This document shows, in pieces, positions 1 to 13,713 of a DNA stretch of 64,000 nt (the first letter of the stretch is position 1; the number at the start of each line of letters is the position of its first letter). The notes beneath the pieces were generated by a model. That model was not told the DNA's origin. It did no database searches and saw nothing but the letters and a program-made list of their open reading frames with translations. The translations under genes and the position numbers were made by a program. Location: assembly GCF_009914755.1 (NCBI RefSeq), contig NC_060927.1. One strand, written 5' to 3'. This DNA comes from the human T2T-CHM13v2.0 reference genome, Homo sapiens.

Positions 1-99
1 AAGAGGTACATAGGCTTAGTAGTAGGATTAAATTTGCCATAGGTTAAGACTGATTTAGACCCACCCTAACAAAGCTTAAAAAACAAGCCTGATTGATAC

Positions 100-2060
100 T
101 ACTCGATTTTAAGATGGTATAAAGCTACAATAATAAGACAGTGTGGTATTGGAGAGTAAATAGACAAACATATCAATGGAACAGAATAGAGAGCCCAGAT
201 ATAGACCCACATAAATATAGTCAACTGATCTTTGACAAAGGGGAAACTGCAATACAATAAAGAAAAGGTCATTTGTTTTAATGAATAGTTCTGGGAAAAC
301 TAGACACCCATGTGCAAAGAAATGAATCTGTATACAGACTTTACACCCTTCACAAAAATTAACTGAAATTGGATCACATGCCTAAATGTAACATGCGAAA
401 CTGTAAAACTCATAGAAGTTAACACAGTAGAAAGTCTAAATGACCTTGGATTTGGCAATGACATTTTAGATAATGAAACCAAAAGACACAATTCATGAAT
501 AAGAAAGTTGACAAAGTGGATTTCATTAAAATTAAAAATTTCTGTTCTGTGAAAGATAATGTCAAGAAAATTAAAAACAAGCTACAGACTGGGATAAAAT
601 ATTTGCAAAAGACATGTCTGTCTGACAAAGGACTGCTATCCAAAATGTACAAAGAACCCTTAAATCTCAACAATAATAACAACCCAATTAGAAAATGGGC
701 CAAAGACCTTAAAATACATCTCACCAAAGAAGACATATAGATGGTGTCTTAGTTTGTTTCAGCCGCTATAACAAAAATACTGTAAACTGGGTGGGTTATA
801 AACAACTGTTAGTTAATTTATGTCTCACAGTTCTGGGGGCTGGGAAGTTCAAGATCAAGGCTCCAGTAGATTCAGGGTCTGGTGAGGGCCCGATTTCTGG
901 TTTTTCATGTTGACTTCTCACCGTGTCCTAACATGGTGGAAGAAACAAGGCTGCTTTCTGGGACCTCTTTAATAGGGGCATTAACCCCATTTGTGATGTC
1001 CCTGCCCTTATGACCTAATCATCTCCCAAATGCCCCACATTCTATTACCAACATATTGGTGAATAGGTTTCAAAATTCTAGGGAAATACAAATATTCAAA
1101 CCATAGCAGATAGCAAAGAAGCATGTGAAAAAATCATCCATATCATATGTCATGAAGGAAATGCACATTAAAACAATGAGACATCACTACATACCTATTA
1201 GAATGGTGAAAATGAAGAACACTGACAACATCAAATGCTGACAAGGATGTGGGATGAACAGAGTTCTCTTTTACTGCTATGGAAAAGAAAAATGGTATAG
1301 CTACTTAGGAAGATGATTTAACAGGTTTGAGGGTTGGACTTTTTTTTTTGGTTTGATTGGTTTTTACAAAACTAAATATACTCTTACTATACAATCCAGT
1401 AATCATGCTCACACAAAAATCTATATGCAAATGTTTATAGCAGCTTTATTTATTATTGCTAAGACTTGGAACCAACAAACGCTCTTCAGTAGGTGAATGA
1501 ACAAATGAATTGTGGTACTTCCAGACAATGGAATATTATTCAGCATTAAAAATAAAGGAGCTATCAAACTATGAAAAGATGATGTATCTTAAATGCATAT
1601 TATCAAGTGAGAGAACTCAGTCTGAAAGGCTACATACGATATGCTTCCAACTATATAACATTCTGGAAAATGCAAAACTATGGATACAGTAAAAAGATCA
1701 GTGATTACCAGGAGTTAGGGGAGAAAAGACGAATAGGTGGAGCACAGAGGATTTTTAAGTTAATTAAACTATTTGGTATAATACTATAATTGGGGATACA
1801 TATTATACATTTGTTCAAATCCATAAAATGCGCAACACCAGGAGTGAGCTGTAATGTAAACTATGGTTTTTGAGGGATAGTGATGTGTCAGTGTAGGTTG
1901 TTAAAATTTAACAAATATATCACCCTGGCTGGGGACATTGATAATGGGGGAAGCTATGCATGTGTGGTGGTAGAAAGTACATGGGAAATCTCTGTACCTT
2001 CCTCTCGATTTTGCTGTGAACCTAAAACTGCTCTAAAAAATAAAGTCTCATCTTTAAAAA
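100..2060 (+). mobile_element. Old L1 (L1MC-like) ORF2 3' end and 3'UTR, interrupted by an MLT1 LTR
   Basis: ORF 495-740 reads like the L1 ORF2 C-terminus (DFIKIKNFCS...NNPIRKWAKDL). The 3'UTR ends ...gaacctaaaactgctctaaaaaataaag, as in L1MC. Bases ~16-95 resemble the L1 5'-region sequence at ~7190-7275, suggesting a large internal deletion. Confidence 0.85.
745..1108 (-). mobile_element. MaLR solo LTR (MLT1A-like)
   Basis: Ends are tgtcttagt...ccatagca; internal ctcacagttctgggggctgggaagttcaagatcaagg; 5-bp TSD gatgg (740-744) / gatag (1109-1113). The L1 resumes after it. Confidence 0.85.
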
Positions 2061-2109
2061 CCAAGTCTTGAAGACATCGGAATCCAACTAACCTCTTAAG
2101 AAAAACTGA

Positions 2110-4400
<2,291 letters not shown>

Positions 4401-4687
4401 TTATTTTTACATGCATGTATAATAAATGTTACATTATAAATGTTATGTTATGTTATAAAATAATATGTTTATTTTTACAAGCATGTATAATAAGGGAGAC
4501 TGCAGATTTCCAACATTAGAAATGGAAGAGAACCATCACTACAGAGATCTTACAGATCTCAAAAGGATAATAAAATAACATTATGAAAAACTTTGTGCTA
4601 AGTAATTTGATAATTTGAGAGTGGCTTGAAAGACAACACTACCAAATCTCATTCAAGAAAAAAGTAGATGAGCTATACCGATAGGTA

Positions 4688-5005
4688 TAGTCATCGCTCA
4701 GTGTCTGTGGGGGATTGGTTCCAGGACCTCCCACAGATTCCAAAATCTGTGGATGCTCAAATCCCTGATCTAAAATGGCATAGTGTTTATGTATAACCTA
4801 CACAAATATCCCTGTATACCTTAAACCATCTCTAGATTTCTTATAATACCTAATACAGTTAAAAGTGATGTAAACAATTGTTATAGTGTATTATTTAAGG
4901 AATAATGACAAGGAAATATGTCTGTACATGTTCAGTGCAAATACAATTTTTTCCTCCAAATATTTTCAATGCGTAGTTGGTCAAATCCACAGATGCAGAG
5001 GGCTG

Positions 5006-5009
<4 letters not shown>
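4688..5009 (+). mobile_element. MER2 (TcMar-Tigger MITE)
   Basis: TIR-like ends tagtcatcgctcagtgtctg / cagatgcagagggctgactg; diagnostic gggggattggttccaggacc; TA at the left flank; (TG)n follows on the right. Confidence 0.85.
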
Positions 5010-5047
<38 letters not shown>

Positions 5048-5050
5048 TGT
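5008..5050. repeat. (TG)n microsatellite
   Basis: Visible directly, about 21 units with one interruption. Confidence 0.95.
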
Positions 5051-5658
5051 ACTTATAATCTCTGCAAAATTACACACAAGTAAGAGTGATTGCCTCCAGA
5101 AATGAAAACTAAGTGCCCATGAGAGAGGGACATACCATTTTAACATTTTGGATTGTATACTGTATACATATAACCTATTTAAATATCAATATGTCATTAA
5201 TTACAAAATAGTTATTTAAAAAGCTTAGTAAATTTAGTGTTGATAGCTCATGACATGTCATTCAAGTACTCTGAGATATTTAGAAATGTACCTTATATAT
5301 TTTAATATTAACTGACAGAAGACAAACTGGATTGTCTCTGTCAGAGAAGAAACACTGAAGTGGATGAATTTTTGAGCTAATTGTTATGGCTTTCCTTATA
5401 TTCTAGTTTTTACTTGAACAGAGGCGGACATGACAGGAATGGTTAGAGGTGGGAAAAATAGGCTTATGTTGTCTCCTACTATTCCAGTCTACTAAAAGCT
5501 TATAGGTATATGCATATGCATGTGCGTATATGTGTGTGTGTGTGAGAGAGAGAACGAAAGAGAGAGAGAAAGACAAAGATTGAGAAACACCACACAACAG
5601 GCAATGGTGGAGGAAGGAGAGCCACAAACTAAGAAGGATCCCAAGAGATACATTTTCT

Positions 5659-5877
5659 TTTTGTTTTTAACTTTTATTTTAAGTTCAGGGGTACAAGTGC
5701 AGGTTTGTTACATAGGTAAACTTGTATCATGGGGTTTGTTGTACAGATTATTCCATCACCCGGGTATTAAGCCTAGTATCCATTAGTTATTTTTCATGAT
5801 CCTTCTTCTCTTCTCACCCTCCACCCTCCGAAAGACCCAGTTTGTGTTCTTCCCCTCTATGTGTCCATGTGTTCCAA
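5659..5877 (-). mobile_element. 5'-truncated L1PA (L1PA13-16-like) 3' end
   Basis: ttttattttaagttcaggggtacaagtgcaggtttgttacatagg; TSD aagagatacattttct (5643-5658) / aagagataccttttct (5878-5893). Confidence 0.88.
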
Positions 5878-6689
5878 AAGAGATACCTTTTCTACTCTTG
5901 CTATTACTTGGAGTCAGTAAATAGTTGTTGGGTTTTTCTTGCTTTCCCTAAATAGCTGCCTTTCAGCACATTATGGAGTGAGTGCTGGTACAATACTTAT
6001 TTAAGCAATGAGCAAAGGGTACATTAAGAACCTTTTGTATTGAAAGGTTATTGTTATTTTAAGATATGCTTATTACTACTTGACATTGCCAGGGTAAAAC
6101 AGACTGAAGGATGAAGATGGCACCGTCAACAAAAAAGTGTTTTCGGGAACTGACACCTCTCCTTGTGCTCCAGAATTGACTCAATGGCTCAAGCAGACAG
6201 AAGGACTTGATTTCCAGTTAGAAATGGCAGCTTCTGCAAATACTCAGAATGTCCTTTTCTCCACATTTAATCTTTAAAACCCTTTACTATTGCCCCAGCT
6301 TATAATTCTAGCTGGATCACCATCTATTTTCCTGTAAGACCATTATGCTTCAGCAAAATTGGAACATACTCTCTCTCAAACACACAAACACACACACAAA
6401 TTTGGCTTTATTATTTTTAAGTATTTTTTATCAAATTTATCTCTCTGAGCTTTGCACAATTCTCTTCTGTTGACTCTTCCTGGACCACTCTAGGCCCTTG
6501 TTATCTTCCTTTCTGAACTGAGCCCGTATTGCTCTTATGATAATTTAAGTGTTGCCTTGTCTTTTTGAGATACAGAAATTTTGTTGAGATTGTTTTTAGA
6601 TTTTATTTTGTTGGGTTTCTTCTTTTTTAATTAAAAAAAAAAAAAACCTATTGCACTCTGGTGCGGAAAAGCAACATTCCAAGGACCAA

Positions 6690-7500
6690 ATCAGACTTCT
6701 GCTTCTGTCTATAACAGGGTGATCAGCTCCAGATTTGCCCTCCCTTCATAAAAAAACTAGGTAAGTAGACATGACATTTGATAACGGAAAGCTCAAGATT
6801 GTGTCTCCTCAGAGAATGGAATCAAATGAGGTGAGGCCTCCAGTAGCCCTGGTTTTCTGCTCAGAGGTACTTTCATGATTGTGGATCAGAGAAGGGTCCT
6901 CAAGCAAAGTGCAGTCTTGTTGAGATGACAAGTCAGGAACCTGCAGAGGAGAAATCCATGCAAAGAAAGAGATCCAGAAACTTACTTAGGAGTCTTCTTG
7001 AGTCTTTGCTTACTAAGGTGTGCCGTCGTAGGGTGAATCTCCACAAGGACAGGCAAAGGATGACTGGGCAGTTTAAAGTGAACACTTTCCAGAACTTGCA
7101 GAGGTCCAGGAGCCATTTTAGTTCTGACAGTCAGGGGAGTCCCAAGTGAAAACCCAGGGCACTTGTTACACACCCTAAAGGCGGCACACTTTAGTAGTGG
7201 GACTTACCTAGCCCTAGAATAAAGGCTGTTTTACACTTGCTCTAAGAAAACTTAAAATAAATAAATAAATAAGCCTTGAGGCCAGGCATGGTGGCTCACT
7301 CTTGTAATCCCAGCACTTTGGCAGGCCAAGGTGGGCAGATTGCTTGAGCTCAGGAGTTTAAGACCAGCCTGAGAACATAGTGAAACCCTGTCTCTATAAA
7401 TCAGAAAAAAAAATAATCCTGGAAAGAATAAACTTGATCCAGAAGCACTCTTTAAAGGAAGACCACAAAATCCAGACAATCAGAAATTTAATATGTCCAC
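6690..7500 (+). mobile_element. Old L1 (L1M) 5'-region fragment
   Basis: Starts gacttctgcttctg and contains ctagaataaaggctg...aaaacttaaaa...aagcc, similar to window positions 16-95. Confidence 0.5.
7280..7412 (+). mobile_element. FLAM (free left Alu monomer)
   Basis: Single Alu left arm with an A tail; flanks aaataagccttga / aaataatcctgga look like a decayed TSD. Confidence 0.88.
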
Positions 7501-7544
7501 ACACATACATTTTGTGTGTATATTTTTATTCTCATCAAAATGCA

Positions 7545-7635
7545 AAAGTCATAAGAGTAGGGATTTCTCTCTATTTTATTCATGGATAGATTTCAAATAC
7601 CTAGAAGAAAATTTGTGCAGAGGAAGCATGCAATA
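7545..7635 (+). mobile_element. L2 3' end fragment
   Basis: Terminal caataaatatttattgaatga motif. Confidence 0.6.
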
Positions 7636-7791
7636 AATATTTATTGAATGATTACTTATTCTTTATTGTATATTAAATATTTATATTATACAAATTCATG
7701 TCATAAAATATTTACTGTACATTAAATGTTTATACTACACAAACTCAGACCTCATTGATTTGTGGCTGAAATAAGGAACATGTTCCCACAA

Positions 7792-7863
7792 TGTCATGAC
7801 TCAGATTTGAACCATGGTTGCTGTGGCCACAACACAGAGTGCTAACCACTATACAGTCACTGC
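7792..7863 (-). pseudogene. tRNA-His(GTG) pseudogene
   Basis: The minus strand reads GCAGTGACTGTATAGTGGTTAGCACTCTGTGTTGTGGCCACAGCAACCATGGTTCAAATCTGAGTCATGACA. It aligns without gaps (72 nt, 12 mismatches by hand, many at CpG) to the recalled vertebrate tRNA-His GCCGTGATCGTATAGTGG...GAGTCACGGCA. The anticodon GTG is at 7830-7828; the acceptor and T stems are broken. Confidence 0.92.
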
Positions 7864-8629
7864 ATGCTACTGGGGACCTGACATAAGAAACGTGTAAACG
7901 AAAAGAGACATCTTAGTTTTCAAACATTTCTTAATAAGTAAAAATAAAGATACACAATTGCAACTCTTGGTTTAGTTAGGAAAAAAATTATAAATCAGGG
8001 AAAGTGAACTTTCCAAAAAGGAGCAATTGGTAATTCTTGATCAGCCTAATTAAGTAGTAGCTGGGGTTGCCAAATGTGTATACGCTTACCTTTTCCACAA
8101 CATATCTGCATGAAACAGCATGTTCAGACTGCACCACTGTGAAAGCCCATAAGTAGTCTCCAAGGACCACTCAATATAGAGGTCCAGTGCAACAATATGG
8201 TTTCTAATGAAATATGAGGATGTGACTTAAGCAAAAAAGCAAAATAATGCACACGGAGTGATAGTATTATTAAAATCATCCGATAGATGTTGCATTTTTT
8301 CAAAATCTGACACATTTTCTTGTCAAAAAAAAGATTCCTCTAAATTATTATTTTGGTAATTTTTGGTTTTGTTACAAAATAAAAACATGCATATGAAGAC
8401 CATTTTTTCACATATTGCAGCAATTAATTTACCAGAAAAATCATATATTGTTTTCTACATTCCTCCCAGCACATATTATAAATGATGAGCTCTTGTATGC
8501 ATTCTGTTGATGCATTATCATTAAAAAGTTTTCTGTGGGCTAATAAATCAAATTAATGCCACCTTAAAAGTTGATGCTCCTGGGGTATTACACTTAGCTA
8601 TCTTTAGCGCTCACCTCTCTGATCAGCAG

Positions 8630-9130
8630 GATCTCAAAGCTCAGTTGTTTCTCCAGCTGACCTAACTTCAAAACGCCACACCCAACTTTCTAGCTGCCTT
8701 ACAGCCTGCACACCTCAAAGTTCATATTTCCAATTGAACACGCTAACTCCCTCTCTAGATGCCCGACCTCGTCTGCACACCTAGTTTCTTTTCCTCATGC
8801 TTTCCACACTTTGGTCAATGGCACCAAAATCTTCATGTTTATACATGACAAAACCCTGAGAATTATATTAGTGAGCTCCTTGTTTCTTATCACCCAGATA
8901 TCATTTTTCTTTCTTATGATCTCTATATTCCAAGCCTTCCTCCTAAGTCCTGCTGCTCTTCAGGACGTTATTATTTCTAATTTAGAGGATGCCAGTAGAT
9001 TCTCCACTAGCCTCCTTGTCCTGTCTTCCCCGCTCCTGCCCAGTCTGTTCCCTAGGGCTATTGGTGGGGTATCTCTCACTGCAGATCTAATCACACAGAT
9101 CCTTAGTAAAATTCTTCAGTGGTAGCTTAT
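8630..9130 (+). mobile_element. L2 fragment
   Basis: Pyrimidine-rich with L2 remnants: cacctcaaag, gtcaatggcacca, gcagatctaatcac, ttcttcagtgg. Confidence 0.6.
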
Positions 9131-9599
9131 ACCAGCTTATGTGGTTCACTGATCATCTGTTTATTTTGCCAGGGTTTTCAGTGTTTAAAGCTAAAGTGAA
9201 CTGTTCTTTAAAATCAGACATTTGACACAAATATCCATATTTCTGGCTTCTCTAGAAAACTCAGTCTGACAGCACTGGGCACTGCATTTCCAACTTGGTG
9301 GCAATCAGCTGAGGCTAAGTAGAAAGTGCTGAGGGGGATGATGCCCTCTCCAGTTCCCAATAATTTGTGTGATACACTTGTACTTACCAAACCACTTCTC
9401 CCCACCTGTTTGACATTTGATGGCATAAGATATCACTTGATTTTACAGCCCCTGGCCTATCCAGACCCTACCTGAGGCTTTGACCTAATAAAATCTTTTT
9501 AAATTGTTTCTTTGTATATAAATCACAGCTTTGCCTCTCAGTTCATGTACCTCTCAGTTCACGTTCCTCACCTACAAGAAGAGGAGCGAAGACCAGATG

Positions 9600-9730
9600 G
9601 TCCCCAACTCTTCTAACTACAAGGACAGGGTTGGGAAAATAAATACCCTGACTTCACATTTCTTCCTCCCTCCAGTCTCTCACTAGAGCTATTCATTAAC
9701 TAAACCCAATCAGAAGCTCTAGAATGGATG
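9600..9730 (-). mobile_element. ERVL-class LTR fragment (LTR33-like)
   Basis: aaataccctgacttcac...aaacccaatcagaagc resembles LTR33; adjacent to the ERVL pol remnant in the same orientation. Confidence 0.5.
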
Positions 9731-9769
9731 GTTCAGAAGCATTTAAAACCCAAAATAAACAATGAGGAG

Positions 9770-10930
9770 TCTCAGCATTTAATTTATCAAAATTATGATT
9801 GTGTCCCCTTTTAGAAGCAATGCTCCCTAGAACCTTAAATTCCATAGACACAAAGTTATGGGGACAGGAATCAAAAATTCTACCAGTAGGCTATTAGGTA
9901 AAATAGTGAGAGCAGCCAATCTCATCTCCATTCCTTTGTCCCTAGATGTTATATTCTGACTGTGTAGATAGAGTCAAATATTAGCTGCTGGCTTAAGGGG
10001 TATTAGCTGCATCTTGTAAAATGGTACCAAATCTCACAGAGTATGTTTTTAGCTCGCACTGTAGCTGAGCTTCCTCAGGACATTGTACTCTTCTATCAAG
10101 GTAAGTGTTTTGGCCTTAACGCAAATAAGATCAAAGTGAATTCCACTGGCATCAGTCCAATGTCTCACTTCCTTTGCTTTAAAACAAATCTCCTGGTCAA
10201 AGGTAATGTTTTGTGGATTGCCATGGATACAGCAATCTGTAATCCATGAATCAAGATGCTGGCAGAAGCCAGCAGGAAAGGCAGATCTGTTCCTGAATAC
10301 ACATTTGTCCCTGTGTGGACAACTGCTGCCTCCTCCATGATGAGCAGGTTGCCAGCCGTTCCCTTAATATGTGATGCAGGAACTCATTGCTGTCCTCTCT
10401 GCAGTCAAATTGCACACTCAGTTGAGTGTCTAGAAGCCAGATCAGCCTTGATGAGAGCAAGTTTCTGTTGTTGAGCTCACACATAATCTCCATTCTTGAT
10501 GTCAGGGCCACTTTGTAGTGGACCCATCCAACAGGCACTAGTGTGCTGGAATAAGAAGCTGTCTGACATCCATGATGGGATCAATTATCTACCTAATGAT
10601 TAAAAGCCCTCACAGATGAAGCCCTTGGGTAAGCATTTACATGAATCACAAATGTGTTGCCCTCTGTGCCCATTATAATAGATCCATCTATATACCTGTT
10701 CCCTAGACCTCCTTTGTCACCAAAAGTGTTCATTTCAAATTCATGACCAGTCGACCAGTTCATTAGCCACAGTTTATGAATCAAGTACATTCATACATTA
10801 AGCCATCTTTCCTTCCAGAATAAGAGTTCAGCCACATGGACCACCCAAAGCTCTACACATTGTGGTGAGTTCCTTTCACCACTATTTTTCAGGGCCAACT
10901 CTGAGTGGGTCTTTAGTTCAGTAGTTCTGA
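9770..10930 (-). mobile_element. ERVL-class internal remnant: RNase H and integrase of pol, frameshifted
   Basis: Minus-strand peptides: FVIHVNAYPR (ERVL FVSHVNAHQR); DS*TVANELVDWS (YTDSWAVANGLAGWS); PQNITFDQEICFKAKEVRHW (PHSIASDQGTHFTAKEVRQW). Confidence 0.85.
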
Positions 10931-11789
10931 ACTACCCTTCTGGATCATGAGAATTCTAATAGTGTGAGACAGGAGGAGGCAGAGTCCTGTTTTCCTTACT
11001 TTTAAGCCCCTAACTCATCCAGATCGTACAATGGCTTCTAAAATTTCTCTTGGATTTATGAAAAGTGCAGTATACACACACCACTACACATACACAGAAG
11101 CCCACACCAGCCTTGGCCTTGAACTAGAACGTGTTGTTTTGGAAATATTTCTTATTGAATAGCAAGTTTGTAGCACTAAAAGCCAACTAGAAATTAACCT
11201 TTCCCCAGCAGTAGAAAAAGGCAACATAAACATTCTTTTGGAATTACAGATTTAAAAAGGAATTAAACATTGTTTTAGAGCTAGGTTGGTTTCCTCTTCC
11301 CCACTTCTATTGTCAGTGAACTTACTCTGACTGGAAAGGATAGCACTGATGTCAAGGAAAGCAAACAGCACCCACTCATGTAAACAATCTCATCTGTAAT
11401 TCATTAACCCTGCTACCCTCAGCCTCCCAGGAAAAGTGTCTCATTTATTAGCTTCCAATCCTAAGTTCATGTTTGTCTTTCAGTTCTGGGACATTATTGA
11501 GCAGTACAGGAAAGAGATGTTCAATTACTGGTGACATTTTTTACGTGGAGTTGCCAGTTTACACCAGTGGTACAGATTGTTTACTAAATTATTTTCACTT
11601 TTGATGGATTAGATATCTCAGACTCCTCATTATTTATATTTCTTACCCATTGAAGAAAGTAGAAAAACACATATTACTAAGGTACCCCACTCTTTCTCAT
11701 TCTACTATCTAAAACAAAAGAAGCAGAGACCAAAATAGCAGTGGCAACTGGAAAACAGCAAGGCCTCCCACAGCCTGGGATACTATTGG

Positions 11790-12236
11790 TATTTGAGACA
11801 ACTCTCGATGGTATGCCAGACAATATCAGGTGGTACTCTAATCAGGCAAATAATGGTATCAGAAACCTATAATGAGAAAATTATTTTCTTTTCTAATTTG
11901 CTTCAATCCTTTAATTTCTTCAGTAAAGAAAGTCTCATTTGGGGGCTAGCCTTTAATATCTAATGTTTTAACAGAGAGAAAGCAAGCTTCAGGCTTAGAA
12001 CATTTGGTAGTCAACAACATCTAGCTAGAACTTACCAACGTTATTATTTTTTCATTATCTCTTTATGGCAATTGATACTGATGGTATAGTAGTGATAATG
12101 AGATTTCTCTTTGATAAATTTTAAAAGTAAGTTGTTTTAAGAAAAAAATGTTAAGTAAATAATAGTACAAGTGATACATGAATACAGTAAAAATCTCAAA
12201 ATGTGAATACAAATAAAGAAATTTTGAAAACACTGT
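11790..12236 (-). mobile_element. hAT-Charlie DNA transposon (Charlie4a-like)
   Basis: aaagtctcatttgggggctag, caacatctagctagaa, aatgttaagtaaataatagtaca; ends tttgaaaacactg (hAT TIR cagtg). Confidence 0.7.
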
Positions 12237-13413
12237 TAGAGAAAAAGAAAGATTTAATAACAACTTAGTCCTGAAGTTAGAATTCACTCAATATCGGTGA
12301 GGGTTTGTGTATGGGCTGTGTGTGTATATGGATGTATGTGTATATAGGAGGGGAGCTGGAAGTTTTGAACTTTCTGTTTCCCATTTCCACATGCTGAAAA
12401 GACTATGTTATTGTCACATTTTCCTCTGTGCAAATATATATGCACACATTATATGAATATATACACATACAAAAACACATACCTGCACATATTTCAGAGA
12501 TGTTTGGTAGCACCGGCTCTCTACATTGCTAAATTCTGTTTTTTAAAACTGGATGTGTTTGTGCCTAATATATACATCTTTTTTTTTCTTACTATTTACA
12601 ATCATATTTAATCCTGAAAGTTCATTCTGAAATATCTGTCAGTTCTTTCAATTAAATGTATTATACAGTTTCATGAACATTATGTCCTTGACTGTTTCTG
12701 TTTATTCACCCTCTAGATTGCCTTCTACTTAGAATTTTAGGCTTAATAAACTCATTTTATTGAAGTAAATGTGTCTGGAGATTTTGTTCTTCAGGAAGAA
12801 TAGAGGTAATTAGGATTTTGTGTGTAGGAATAGAAGAGCCTTCATTAAACTCAGTAGTCTTATTCAGCTGAGATTAATGGCTAAAAATTATATTTTGCTG
12901 CAAATTATTTATATTTCTTATGCAGTCATGCAAATTATATTATTTGTTAATTTTACATAAAACAACTATGTAGACAGATAAAGATGGGGCATTTATACTT
13001 ATGTAGAATCAAACATTTCTTTTTCAGTGTTGAAAACTGTAATAGTAAAGTATAATTTTTTCTAAGGATTATCACTTTGCTAATTTTTCACTTTCTGACA
13101 TTCCATTGCATCTCCCAGCAATTACTGACACATTTTCCACTGGAAATGTTCTCACTAGGTTACTAAATGCAGATATTTCCTAAGGCACAACATATTTTTT
13201 TCCTTCCATGGATTCTTGAATTGGAGATAAAATTGTTGTGGCATTTGAACACAAGTTACTGTGTAAATAGATACCTTCTAGAGTTGCTTTTGGATTATTG
13301 AAAGTAATTTCAGTTTTCACTCATTATCATTAAAAAAAAAAAGAGGATAGTTTTGCCACATGTGCATAAGCCCAGAAGGGATGCTGTAAACTCTGAGGAA
13401 ATCATTAGTAATC

Positions 13414-13713
13414 AGCAGGGCGCAGTGGCTCATGCCTGTAATCCCAGTGCTTTGGGAGGCTGAGGTGGGCGGATCACTTAAGGTCTGGAGCTCGGGACCA
13501 GTCTGGCCAACATGGTGAATCCCTGTCTCTTTTAAAAATACAAAAATTAGCAGGGCGTGGTGGCACGTGCCTATAATCCCAGCTACCTGGGAGGCTGAGG
13601 CACAAGAATCACTCGAACCCAGGAGGCAGAGGTTGCAGGGATCTGAGATCATGCCACTGCACTCCAACCTGGGTGACACAGTGAGACTCCGTCTCAAAAA
13701 AAAAAAAAAAAAA
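13414..13713 (+). mobile_element. Full-length AluS
   Basis: Both arms, linker and poly(A); TSD gaaatcattagtaatc / gaaagattagtaatc. Confidence 0.97.

Noticed and set aside
7792-7863. Functional tRNA-His gene
   Set aside because: The acceptor stem has two mismatches, the T stem is disrupted, CpGs have decayed and there is no adjacent oligo-T terminator.
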